64,000 nucleotides of DNA. Source: an uncultured bacterium (lineage in GTDB: Bacteria; Oederibacteriota; Oederibacteriia; Oederibacteriales; Oederibacteriaceae). Shown here in pieces: positions 29,279 to 38,885 of this stretch. The notes under the pieces were generated by a model. It did not search any database. It saw only the letters and a list, made by a program, of their open reading frames with translations, and was not told where the DNA came from. A program made the translations under genes and the position numbers. The stretch spans positions 384,001 through 448,000 of the forward strand of contig OZ218778.1 of the NCBI GenBank assembly GCA_965112635.1, given 5' to 3'. Position 1 is the first letter of the stretch; every line of letters starts with the position of its first letter.

Positions 29279-30187
29279 TCAGGAAGGACTGTGCTTGGTT
29301 TTGAGGCGGTAGGACTGGGGCGTCATTCCTGTTATTTTTTTGAACGCATGGCAAAAATATCCGGTTGAGGAAAACCCCAGACCATAAGAGATCCGCGTAA
29401 TGTTCAACCCGGTCTGTTCAAGCTGCCTGCAGGCTTCGTCGATACGGCGCCTCTGATAAAACTCCGCGGGAGGGATCCCCGCTTCGGCCTTGAATCTTCT
29501 TTTGAAATGGACGGTGCTCCATCCCAGCCTTTTGGCAATATCGGGTATGGCCAGAGGAGCCTCCAGGCTTGACTCCATGATCTTCATGGCCTCGGAAATC
29601 ATCAGGGAACGCGTAGAATCCTTTTTTTCATTTCCTGCTCTGATAACCGTCATGATGATTTCCAGCAAAGCCGCCCTTGCTTCTACCACCTTCAATTTAC
29701 CGCGAGGCTCTTTGATTTTTTGGAGGAGACTAAGATAAGGTCCAACAATTCTATCCGGCACAGGAAAATGGCGTTTGCGGCGAAGAACATGAAGTGCTTG
29801 GAGGACCATCCCGCCCTCCTGAGGGGATAAATTGAGCCATTCTTTATTTTTTTGGTTCCCCTTAGGCAACAACAACCCAATATTGTAACTTTTATGGGGT
29901 TCTGAAATCTTATTGATCCAGCCATAGTTTTCATTTGGCCAGATAAGATAGGCATGTCCGGCGGGAATAATAAACTTTTCTTTTCCGATCCACCAATGAT
30001 TGATTCCCCTTTCCACATAGCCTATGTCCAGAACATCGCTATGATAGGTTGATAACAATTTATTGGTGGCGTGTTTCACCCAGGTATAGCCGCAGGAAAA
30101 TAGATCGGGAATTTGGGGAAAATGCTTGGAAATATAAGGGTAATAGTACTGTTCCGCAACCGCCTTGTCAGGCACCATGTAGCGCAT
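29279..30187 (-). CDS. AraC family transcriptional regulator
   Basis: N-terminal cupin and C-terminal HTH (LGFSSTGYFCHAFKKITGMTPQSYR). Confidence 0.92.
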   Translation of the reverse strand: MRYMVPDKAVAEQYYYPYISKHFPQIPDLFSCGYTWVKHATNKLLSTYHSDVLDIGYVERGINHWWIGKEKFIIPAGHAYLIWPNENYGWINKISEPHKSYNIGLLLPKGNQKNKEWLNLSPQEGGMVLQALHVLRRKRHFPVPDRIVGPYLSLLQKIKEPRGKLKVVEARAALLEIIMTVIRAGNEKKDSTRSLMISEAMKIMESSLEAPLAIPDIAKRLGWSTVHFKRRFKAEAGIPPAEFYQRRRIDEACRQLEQTGLNITRISYGLGFSSTGYFCHAFKKITGMTPQSYRLKTKHSPS

Positions 30188-30346
30188 ATGATGATTTTAT
30201 AACCTATACGATAACCTCTGTCAATAAAACCGTTTTATGCTTTACTTTTTACATCCTTATCTTTCCAATACAGTATAAACACCAGACACCACCTGGTGAC
30301 AAAGTCGCAGCTAGGAAAACAGCGTCTGCTTTACGGAGCATCATTA

Positions 30347-33232
30347 ATGAAAATTTTATCACGCTTCTCTAGGTCCGGGTTTCCGCCAACCATCATGCCG
30401 ATTATTTCCCTGGTCATCCTTCTCACCCTAGCTGCCCTTACTCTGCAGGCCCAATGCACTAATTTTTTGGTAGATGGGAAACCCTCGGAAGTGCCCGATG
30501 GAAATGCCTACGGAGAGCCGGTATTTCCGGAAGCGGGGCCTCAGGGTACGGACTGGATATTCAGCGGAGGTAATGTGACCTTTGACCCTTTTGAGCCCGT
30601 GAGTAATCCCACAGACGGGATGTGGTTCGGCCCGGGCGGGCAAACTCCCAGCTCAGGATATTGGGATTGGAGAGGGCCGGTTGTAGGGAGCATTTTCAGC
30701 GCCTGCGGCGGTGAGATCGATTTTGACCTGCAGTCCAATATAAGCTGGCCTCTCCGGGCGTCCACGGGTCAACAAGATGTTTTTGATGTTACGGATGACG
30801 GCAATAACCAACTGTGGAATTTTACTGTTGACGGTACTTCGGGAACCTCGTTGGTAGTTTATTGGTCAACCGACCAGACCCATAATGGCTGGGCCATTAT
30901 CCCTAATGGAAACCTCCTGTTTGACGCGGGCGGCATTTTGCAGGTAAAAATGACCTGGAACGCCGCAACCCAGACGCAATCCCTGTTCATTAACGGCAAT
31001 CTGATCGCGACGGGGTCTTATGCTGGTAATATGGTGGCCAATCCAGCCTGGGGGGCGAACTCCTTGTTTGTTTTGGGGGCCCAAGCGGCCGGAGGAGAAG
31101 GATACTTCTCCTCCGTGGACCAGAGCATCGCTGATTTTCAGGTCACCACAGCTTCCGGCTGCCCCTGCGCCCCTACCAGCACCCCTACTCAGACCATTAC
31201 CCCCACCACCCCCACGGAAACGCCTACCCCTCTCCCGACCGCCGTATCGATGTGCACCAATATGCCAACGGCCTTTTGCAATCCCACGAGCGGCAACCTT
31301 AAGTATGTAGTGGATGATAACGCAGATTTTTATTTGAACGGCAACCTGATCAGCTCCCAGGTCTCTGGATTCGCGATGATTACCACCTACAACTTAACCC
31401 CGGCCGATTTGGCCCTTTTGCAGACCGGAGTCAACATCCTGGGGGTCTATGGCCAGGATATTTTCAACGACCTCTCCGCTGTTTCTTGGGTCCTCACCCT
31501 TAACTACACAAATTGCGCCACCCAATACATCTCTTCCTCCTCCGGCAGCTTCATCAAAGATACCTATGTGGGGAATTACTATGGGACGCCCCCGCTTGTT
31601 TTTCCTCCGGGATGGAACACGGTCGGGTTCGATGATTCGGCCTGGTCCATGGATAACTATTTTGAAACCTCCTGTTATGGAGGGTGCGGGGAGTGCTGTA
31701 CCCTATGGGCGACCATCCCTAACCCCGCGACCGGCGGGACCACCGTAGTGCCTTTTACGGAAGGAAGGGGCTATTTCCCCGACCATGTGCAAGGAGATGG
31801 TTATTTATATAGGGAATATTTCTATTTGGGAAATCCGGTCCAGCCTTGCAATACTACCGGCACGCCGACATTGACCGCGACCATCTCGCCGACCAGAACG
31901 GACACCGGGACAGCCACCCCGACCGCGACCATCACGGCTACTCGCACCGTGACCAACACCGGCACTACCACTTATACGGCGTCATCCACAGCGACTATCA
32001 CGGATAGCCCTACGGTCACCCTAACCGGCACCTCTACCGATACTTCAACCCCCACGGCTACGGCGACGACCTTGTACTCCTCGACCAGTACCTACACAGC
32101 CACCAACACAGCGACGGCTTCGGTCACAGCGACCATCACGCTTACTTCAACCATCACCGTCACGCCTTCAGTGACCCTGACGTCCTCCATGACCTGGAGT
32201 CCTTCCCTGACCTTAACACCTTCCCAGTCCTTTACTCAGACCCATACAGCCACCGTGACCGCTACCAACACACCTGTCATGACCAACTTGGAATTAAAGG
32301 TCTATAACGAGGCCGGCGAAGTGGTCAAAACCTTCAGCAATGTCCTTGTTTTGGGAGGTTTTAGCGGTATCCAGCTTTCCTCCGGTAGCGGCTCCACCAT
32401 CTTTGACCCCAGCACCGGCATCTTCGATATAGAGGTCATCAGCAGCGGCAATGTGTATCACATCCCCTGGGACGGTAAAAGCGACCTGGGCTATACCGTG
32501 GACAGCGGGCAATATGTGCTCAAAGCCGACATTCCAGGCAAGCCGGCTGATACAGTCACCATGGGCTTGACCGTGCTCAAGGCAGGAGACTATTTGACCG
32601 TCAGCGTCTATACCACCAGCGGTGAACTGGTCAAACAACTGTACAGCAGTTATTTAGTCCAGGGGCAATTGGGAAGCATGAAGTTGACCAGCAATTTACT
32701 GCAGATAAGCAATCAACCCACAGGGACAACCATGATCGGGATAAACATCTTTTCCTCCACAGGTCAGTTAATGGCAGATGGGCTAGGCTCCTTGAACCAG
32801 GCCCGCCTGACCTGGGACGGCACCACGGCCTTGGGCAATTATGTACAGAGCGGAGAGTATTTGATCAAGATAGAGCAGGTCTACAACCATCAGCATGACG
32901 TGGTGGTGCAAAGCGTGACGGTGCTAAGCTCCAATTTAAGCGGGTTTATGGATGCTTCGGTCTATCCCAACCCGTACCTCTCCACTCCAGACCACAAGCT
33001 ATGGTTCAAGGTAACCCTGCAGGACCAATCCAACCTGACCGTGAGAATTTATGATGTGGTGGGAGAGCTGGTGAACACCCTCAGCTTGCCCGCAGCCGGG
33101 CCTGGCATTGCCACCCTGGGTTGGGATGTCAATAATGCTGCGGCTGGTCTTTATGTGGGGATAGTAGAAGCTGATTCCCAGGTGAGCGGTCAAACACAGA
33201 AAAAATCCCTTAAAATCTCCATAATCAAGTAA
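30347..33232 (+). CDS. large secreted/surface protein: LamG-like and lectin-like domains, Thr-rich linker, FlgD-Ig repeats, T9SS type-A-like CTD
   Basis: Signal peptide, DDNADFYLNG..FDDSAW domain, Thr-rich stalk, VYNEAGEVVK/WDG repeats, VYPNP..IYDVVGELV..KISIIK C-terminus. Confidence 0.8.
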   Translation: MKILSRFSRSGFPPTIMPIISLVILLTLAALTLQAQCTNFLVDGKPSEVPDGNAYGEPVFPEAGPQGTDWIFSGGNVTFDPFEPVSNPTDGMWFGPGGQTPSSGYWDWRGPVVGSIFSACGGEIDFDLQSNISWPLRASTGQQDVFDVTDDGNNQLWNFTVDGTSGTSLVVYWSTDQTHNGWAIIPNGNLLFDAGGILQVKMTWNAATQTQSLFINGNLIATGSYAGNMVANPAWGANSLFVLGAQAAGGEGYFSSVDQSIADFQVTTASGCPCAPTSTPTQTITPTTPTETPTPLPTAVSMCTNMPTAFCNPTSGNLKYVVDDNADFYLNGNLISSQVSGFAMITTYNLTPADLALLQTGVNILGVYGQDIFNDLSAVSWVLTLNYTNCATQYISSSSGSFIKDTYVGNYYGTPPLVFPPGWNTVGFDDSAWSMDNYFETSCYGGCGECCTLWATIPNPATGGTTVVPFTEGRGYFPDHVQGDGYLYREYFYLGNPVQPCNTTGTPTLTATISPTRTDTGTATPTATITATRTVTNTGTTTYTASSTATITDSPTVTLTGTSTDTSTPTATATTLYSSTSTYTATNTATASVTATITLTSTITVTPSVTLTSSMTWSPSLTLTPSQSFTQTHTATVTATNTPVMTNLELKVYNEAGEVVKTFSNVLVLGGFSGIQLSSGSGSTIFDPSTGIFDIEVISSGNVYHIPWDGKSDLGYTVDSGQYVLKADIPGKPADTVTMGLTVLKAGDYLTVSVYTTSGELVKQLYSSYLVQGQLGSMKLTSNLLQISNQPTGTTMIGINIFSSTGQLMADGLGSLNQARLTWDGTTALGNYVQSGEYLIKIEQVYNHQHDVVVQSVTVLSSNLSGFMDASVYPNPYLSTPDHKLWFKVTLQDQSNLTVRIYDVVGELVNTLSLPAAGPGIATLGWDVNNAAAGLYVGIVEADSQVSGQTQKKSLKISIIK
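31850..32280 (+). repeat. low-complexity Thr-rich (T-x-T) coding tract
   Basis: TATPTATITATRTVT... built from ACN-rich codons; degenerate at DNA level. Confidence 0.8.
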
Positions 33233-33254
33233 ACACGCCCTCAATTGACTTATA

Positions 33255-34496
33255 TCATCTTGTGGGGACCGAACCGTAGAGGCCGAGATCATTGATGTCT
33301 GTGGGGGCCTGTTCTTCAAAAGGCAGGAAATGGGCCAGCAGGCTCCATCCCCAAAACGGGTTCAATCCCCTTCCCTCCCCTGTCTCCGACAAATACCACT
33401 CTCGGTTCCCGGCCCGGCGGACCAGGGCCAGCGTGCGGTCAGCCAGCAGGGACGCCAGCTGGCCGTAGCCATAGTAGCGCAGCCCGTGGGTGATCATGTA
33501 GTTCGTCGGGATCCACACGCAGGCGCGCCAGTTGCAGCCCACGTCCCGTGGGAGTGGTTCTCCTGAATATCCGGGCTCGGACTTGGCTAAAGCAGCGACC
33601 GGCCAGACGGTCCAGAACTCGGCGGCATTCATTAGGTGTTCGTAAATCATCCGGCGTGCCTGTTCAGGAGTGGCCACCCGGCAAAAAAGCGGGGTAAAAG
33701 CGGACACGGCCTTGACCGGTATTTTTTTCCCCTGGACCCGGCAGCGGTCGTAAAAAATCCCATCCTGCTCATCCCAGAGCTTTTCCCTGATAAGCTGAGC
33801 CAGAATCAAAGCCCGTTGCCGGTATTCGTGGCTATCCTTATCTTTCCCAGCCAGGCTGGCGATCCGGCTGAAGGCCAGCAGTTCCCGGTAAAGGTAGCAG
33901 TTCAAGTCCACGCCTTCGCTGACCGGCAGTTTTTCTTTTTCCAGCAGTCCGGATGGCGCGGGAATACTGTGCCGTTCGCAACCCTCCCAGTTCTTATGGT
34001 TAAAGCCGGCCCGTTCCACCTGGTTGTCCATACCGGTATGGGGCCCGCTGACCCACTCCGCCAGGCCGTTCCCGTCAGGGTCCATGTCTTTAAGCCAATA
34101 ATCCAGATATTTCTTGAGCCTGTCGTAATAGTGCGGGTCCGTGACCCAGGCATGCTCCCCGTAATTAACGCTGACCAGAAGGGCGATCTGGCATAAAAAA
34201 GGCTTGGCATGCTCAGGGTCATGGAAAGGGTTGCTCGGCACGGAGCGGGAAATAAGCCCGCTGGGTTGCTGGTGGTCCAGAAAAATGGTCACGGCGTTCT
34301 TGATCAGTTCGCTGGGCCAGCCCATGTAGATCTGGACAATGGCCTCAAAATACTGGTCCCAGTCGTAGAGCGTTTTGTAGGAGTAACCCGTAAAATAGGA
34401 CCTCCCGGTGTCGCTGTCGGTCAGGATGCCCTTGCGCATCAGGTTTTCCTCGATGCTCAATCGCGGACGCATCTCTTTCAAGAATGGGTCGTTCAT
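33255..34496 (-). CDS. GH63/MGH1-like (trehalase-like) glycoside hydrolase
   Basis: LYDWDQYF, TGMDN, VDLNCYL, LWDEQDG.FYD, W...VW.PTNY, REWY, FWGWS. Confidence 0.8.
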   Translation of the reverse strand: MNDPFLKEMRPRLSIEENLMRKGILTDSDTGRSYFTGYSYKTLYDWDQYFEAIVQIYMGWPSELIKNAVTIFLDHQQPSGLISRSVPSNPFHDPEHAKPFLCQIALLVSVNYGEHAWVTDPHYYDRLKKYLDYWLKDMDPDGNGLAEWVSGPHTGMDNQVERAGFNHKNWEGCERHSIPAPSGLLEKEKLPVSEGVDLNCYLYRELLAFSRIASLAGKDKDSHEYRQRALILAQLIREKLWDEQDGIFYDRCRVQGKKIPVKAVSAFTPLFCRVATPEQARRMIYEHLMNAAEFWTVWPVAALAKSEPGYSGEPLPRDVGCNWRACVWIPTNYMITHGLRYYGYGQLASLLADRTLALVRRAGNREWYLSETGEGRGLNPFWGWSLLAHFLPFEEQAPTDINDLGLYGSVPTR

Positions 34497-34549
34497 CCAG
34501 ATGTTTGCATTTGAACTTTGGATAAGATCCTCCTTAGGTCTAGTTTGGG

Positions 34550-35284
34550 TTATTGCCCCAGTTCATGCAGAATAAGGGCGCAGGCGATGAGGCCGGCTGT
34601 TTCGGTCCGCAGGATGCGCGGTCCCAGGGTCACGGGAAGGGCCCCTGCTTTTTGCGCCTCCCCAGCTTCCCGCTGGCTGAAACCGCCCTCCGGCCCTATC
34701 AAGACCGCGAGGCTTCTCGGAGTTTTTCGCTTGGCCAACACAGTTTTTATCCCCTGTTTGGTCTCGCCTTCCCAGGGCAGGATGACCAGGTCCATACTTT
34801 TAAGGGACCCTAGCGCCTCCGGCCAGGAGCGGACTGTCGAAACCTGCGGAATTTTGAGCCGGCCGCACTGTTTGGCCGCGGCTTCGCTGATCTTTTGCCA
34901 GCGTTTGCTTTGCTTGTCTTGTTTGGCGGAGTTAAGGTGCGGGATGGACCGCTCGGTCAGGACCGGCCAGAACCGGGAAACCCCGATCTCGGTCCCTTTT
35001 TGCACGATCCATTCCATTTTGGGATGCTTGGCTAGGGATTGCACCAGGGTAATCGTTGTCTGTGGCTCGCACTCCAAACTTTTCTTTTCTAAAATCTGGG
35101 TGACGACTGACCCATGAGAGAGCTCCACGACCCGGACCTGGTAGATATGGTTCTCGCCGTCGCTGACCCCAAGGCTCTCCCCTTTTTTTACCCGCAGGAC
35201 ATTTTTGAGGTGAAAAGCGTCCTGGCCCGTGATGGCAATGCGGTCAGCGCTGATATTCTCGGGAGGCACAAAAAAATGGGGCAT
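34550..35284 (-). CDS. rsmE: 16S rRNA m3U1498 methyltransferase
   Basis: HLKNVLR, EAAAKQCGR, IGPEGGFS, LGPRILRTETA. Confidence 0.95.
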   Translation of the reverse strand: MPHFFVPPENISADRIAITGQDAFHLKNVLRVKKGESLGVSDGENHIYQVRVVELSHGSVVTQILEKKSLECEPQTTITLVQSLAKHPKMEWIVQKGTEIGVSRFWPVLTERSIPHLNSAKQDKQSKRWQKISEAAAKQCGRLKIPQVSTVRSWPEALGSLKSMDLVILPWEGETKQGIKTVLAKRKTPRSLAVLIGPEGGFSQREAGEAQKAGALPVTLGPRILRTETAGLIACALILHELGQ

Positions 35285-35299
35285 CAGGGACAGGGCCGG

Positions 35300-36922
35300 T
35301 CAGTCGAACTTGAGGGGAGGACGGTCTTCTTTGCCGTAGTTCCTGATCTTTTTCATGCTGTCCAGTTCCATGGTCCTGATCTGTTCCAACCGCGTCAGGT
35401 CCGCCGGGTTCTGGGGTTTGAAGCTCAGGATCGTGTAATAGGCGTTGCGGGCCACGTCATAATTGCGCGCCGACAGGGCCGACTCCCCCAGCCCGTGCAA
35501 GGCATCCACGGTCTGGGATGGGCTGGTGTCCTTTAAACTGGCGATCTCCAGGAATTCCTTGGTGGCCTGCTCGTAAAATTCAAGGTAGTACATGCTCCAG
35601 GCTCTCCGCAAACGGTATTCGATATTGGAGGGCTCCAGCTGGTAAAGCTGCTCGTATTGTTCCAAGGCGATCTGATACTTCTCGGTTTGCCAACTGTAAT
35701 CCGCCAGCCTGATCCTCGCCGCTAGGTCGTCGGGATTTAAATTCAAACTGAACCCTTCCAGGGAAACCGGCAGGTACACCAAGCCCATTTCATGGTATTG
35801 TCTGGCTTTTTTGTCCATGTAAGTCGCCACATTATCCCAGTTCAAATGCCTCAAATACACCCATCCCACCCCGACGATCACTAGGACAACGGCCAGTTTG
35901 ACCACTCGTCTCACTATGCTGAAGAAAGCCGGTGTCTGCCAGAAATGGATGACCGGCGCGGCCGGGACGGCCACAGCCTCTCCAGTGCCCTCCTCGGGGG
36001 CTTCACTGAACTCGTCGACCTCCTGCCCCTCTTGGGCAGCCCTCTCCCGGGCCCTTTCGGCCAGCATCTCTTCTCTTTCCGCTTTTTCCTTGGCCAGGAT
36101 CTGGGGGAGTATCTTCCAGTGGTAGGCCTGTAAAAAAGCCCTCTTGACGCTCTGGTACCAGAGATAGACGCCCAGTACGGAGAAGACAAGGAAGAACACG
36201 TAAAAACTTTCTGTCGCGTCCTGCTGGCCCAAAGTCTGCCCCCACTGCCAGACGAAAGAAAAATGTCTGATGAAAAGCAGGCTGACGAACCAGAAAAGCA
36301 TGACCAGGATCAAAAAGATGCCTTCGGAAAGGTGCCCACTGTAGATCTGGCCCCAGCCCCACACCACCAGCGATAGAACGGCGGACAGAAACGGGTTGTC
36401 CTTCCCGTGATAGATCCCGTGATGTTCCATCCGTATCTCTCTCGCCCGGGTGTAGGCCTCGCCAATATTCACCAGCCAGACCAGGATCCCCAGGCCAAAG
36501 ATGAGGATCAGGGAAACAAGCCTGACCACGGGATGCGGGGCAAAAGGGGACATGGAAACCAAGGGATAGGAGGGGTTTAAAACGCCCATAAGGACCGCTC
36601 CCCATCCCCCGTAACACAGCAGGAACAGGATGCCGTTGCGCAGGTCACCGTTATAAAAAGAACCGGCTCCCCACACGAACAAAGAAAGGGTGCCGGCAAG
36701 GGCAGGGCTTTTATCGGTTCTTCTTTTTTCTTTTTCCACCTCGGCCGGGTCCTGGGCTGGGACGGGTTCCGGCGCAGGAACGGGCTGGCTCGGCGCTGCA
36801 GCGGCCGGCGCAGGGGCTTTGTCGGGCCCGGCCTGGGCCGCTGGGGCTCCTGCCGGTTTTGCTCCCGCGGGCGGTGCTCCCGGGGCTGCTTTCACCTCTG
36901 GTTTATTGTCATTATCAGCCAA
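35300..36922 (-). CDS. membrane protein with two TM2-like repeats and C-terminal TPRs
   Basis: Ala/Pro-rich N-terminus, repeats KSPALAGTLSLFVWGAGSFYNG and DNPFLSAVLSLVVWGWGQIYSG, TPR-like helices. Confidence 0.75.
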   Translation of the reverse strand: MADNDNKPEVKAAPGAPPAGAKPAGAPAAQAGPDKAPAPAAAAPSQPVPAPEPVPAQDPAEVEKEKRRTDKSPALAGTLSLFVWGAGSFYNGDLRNGILFLLCYGGWGAVLMGVLNPSYPLVSMSPFAPHPVVRLVSLILIFGLGILVWLVNIGEAYTRAREIRMEHHGIYHGKDNPFLSAVLSLVVWGWGQIYSGHLSEGIFLILVMLFWFVSLLFIRHFSFVWQWGQTLGQQDATESFYVFFLVFSVLGVYLWYQSVKRAFLQAYHWKILPQILAKEKAEREEMLAERARERAAQEGQEVDEFSEAPEEGTGEAVAVPAAPVIHFWQTPAFFSIVRRVVKLAVVLVIVGVGWVYLRHLNWDNVATYMDKKARQYHEMGLVYLPVSLEGFSLNLNPDDLAARIRLADYSWQTEKYQIALEQYEQLYQLEPSNIEYRLRRAWSMYYLEFYEQATKEFLEIASLKDTSPSQTVDALHGLGESALSARNYDVARNAYYTILSFKPQNPADLTRLEQIRTMELDSMKKIRNYGKEDRPPLKFD

Positions 36923-36947
36923 GGAACTCTTCCCTTCTCCAAAAGGC

Positions 36948-38228
36948 CTAACCAGCGTTCAGTTGGGATTCCTTCTCCAAGACTAGCAGTGGTTTTTCTT
37001 TTTTCAAGACCACATCCTCAGTAACCACACATTCTTTGATCTCGCGGCTGGAGGGAACTTGGTACATCACGTCCAGCATCAGGTCCTCGATGATGGCGCG
37101 CAGCCCCCTGGCCCCTGTTTTTCTCTTTAAAGCCTCACCGGCGATGGCGGTCAAAGCGTCATCCGTGAACTTGAGCTCTACCCCGTCCATGGCCAGGAAT
37201 TTCTTGTACTGCTTGACGAGCGCGTTCTTGGGTTCGGTGAGGATCTTGACCAGCGCCTCTTTGTCCAGGTCGTGCAAGGTGGACAGGATCGGCATCCTTC
37301 CCACGAATTCCGGGATCATGCCGTACTTGAGCAGGTCTTCAGGCTGGACTTTTTTGAGCACTTCCCAGCAAGCATCCTTCGGATGGACCTTGACGGTGGT
37401 GGGGGCGTTGAATCCCATGGACCCCTTGCCCAGCCGGCTCTCGATGATCTTGTCCAGGCCGATGAAAGCTCCTCCGCAGATGAACAGGATGTTGGTGGTG
37501 TTGACTTGGATATACTCCTGGTGCGGGTGCTTGCGCCCGCCCTGGGGAGGCACGGAGGCCACGGAGCCCTCTAAAATTTTGAGGAGCGCTTGTTGGACAC
37601 CCTCCCCGGATACGTCCCGGGTGATGGAGGGGTTCTCGGACTTGCGGGCGATCTTGTCGATCTCGTCGATATACACGATCCCTTTTTGGGCCCTCTCGAC
37701 CTGGTAGTTGGCGTCCTGTAAAAGGCGCAGGATGATGTTCTCCACGTCCTCACCCACGTAGCCCGCCTCCGTGAGGCAGGTCGCGTCAGCCAGGGCAAAA
37801 GGGACATTGAGGGTCCGGGCCAAAGTCTGGGCCAGCAGGGTCTTGCCGGTGCCGGTGGGCCCGATCAAAAGAATATTGCTCTTCTGTAGCTCGACGTCGT
37901 CTTCTTTTTCTTTGACCGGGGTCTGCGAGATGCGTTTGTAGTGGTTATACACCGCCACGGAAAGGGACTTCTTGGCGTGCTCCTGCCCGATCACATATTC
38001 GTCCAAGGCGCTTTTGATCTCGTGGGGCTTGGGGATCTCGACGTTGGTTTTGCGCTTTTCCTCGGTGGCGTCCTCCAGCAGGATCCCGTTGCACAGTTCC
38101 ACGCATTCGTTGCAAATGTAGACCGACTGGCCGGCAGACTGGCTGGCAACGAGTTTTTTCACCGACTCCTGGTTCTTGCCGCAAAAAGAGCAGCGGACCA
38201 CCGCTCCGGAATCTTGGCCTTTGAACAA
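36948..38228 (-). CDS. clpX: ATP-dependent Clp protease ATP-binding subunit
   Basis: CSFCGK zinc finger, [23 protein letters not shown]. Confidence 0.98.
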   Translation of the reverse strand: MFKGQDSGAVVRCSFCGKNQESVKKLVASQSAGQSVYICNECVELCNGILLEDATEEKRKTNVEIPKPHEIKSALDEYVIGQEHAKKSLSVAVYNHYKRISQTPVKEKEDDVELQKSNILLIGPTGTGKTLLAQTLARTLNVPFALADATCLTEAGYVGEDVENIILRLLQDANYQVERAQKGIVYIDEIDKIARKSENPSITRDVSGEGVQQALLKILEGSVASVPPQGGRKHPHQEYIQVNTTNILFICGGAFIGLDKIIESRLGKGSMGFNAPTTVKVHPKDACWEVLKKVQPEDLLKYGMIPEFVGRMPILSTLHDLDKEALVKILTEPKNALVKQYKKFLAMDGVELKFTDDALTAIAGEALKRKTGARGLRAIIEDLMLDVMYQVPSSREIKECVVTEDVVLKKEKPLLVLEKESQLNAG

Positions 38229-38270
38229 ATCAAACCTCCTCGGTGAAGTTCTTCCTCAAAAATAACGCGG

Positions 38271-38870
38271 CTACGACTTGGGCTCCGGCTTTCTACTCAT
38301 AATGACCTCGTCCACGATCCCATAGGCCTTGGCCTCGTCCGCCGACATGAAAAAATCCCTGTCGGTATCGCGGGTGATCTTTTCCATCGTCTGCTTGGTG
38401 TGGGTCACGAGGATCTCGTTGATCTTCTGGCGCACCCGGATGATTTCACGCGCCTGGATATCGATATCCGTGGCCTGTCCCTGGACCCCGCCCAGGGGTT
38501 GGTGGATCAAAACGCGGGCATGGGGCAGAATATAGCGTTTTCCGGTGGCCCCCGCGCAAAGCAGCATAGCGGCCATGCTGGCGGCCTGGCCTACGCAAAT
38601 GGTGGAAACGGGCGGCTGCACGTACTGCATCGTGTCATAGATCGCCAGTCCGGCCGTGACCAGACCTCCCGGGCTGTTGATATAAAGGTTGATCGGCTTT
38701 TCTGGGTCCTCCCCGGCCAAGAATAATAGCTGGGCGATGATAAGGTTGGACATCACCTCGTCAATTTCCGTCCCCAAAAAAATGATCCTCTCCTTGAGCA
38801 GCCGTGAAAAGATATCAAAGGACCTTTCACCGCGGCTGGTTTGTTCCACGACCATAGGTACCAAACTCAT
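38271..38870 (-). CDS. clpP: ATP-dependent Clp protease proteolytic subunit
   Basis: INSPGG, GQAASM, IHQP. Confidence 0.98.
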   Translation of the reverse strand: MSLVPMVVEQTSRGERSFDIFSRLLKERIIFLGTEIDEVMSNLIIAQLLFLAGEDPEKPINLYINSPGGLVTAGLAIYDTMQYVQPPVSTICVGQAASMAAMLLCAGATGKRYILPHARVLIHQPLGGVQGQATDIDIQAREIIRVRQKINEILVTHTKQTMEKITRDTDRDFFMSADEAKAYGIVDEVIMSRKPEPKS

Positions 38871-38885
38871 TTTATCCTCCTGTTC

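Noticed and set aside
31850-32280. Possible tandem DNA repeat or CRISPR array
   Set aside because: The periodicity comes from Thr codons. No identical repeats with spacers were seen here or elsewhere, and there are no cas genes.
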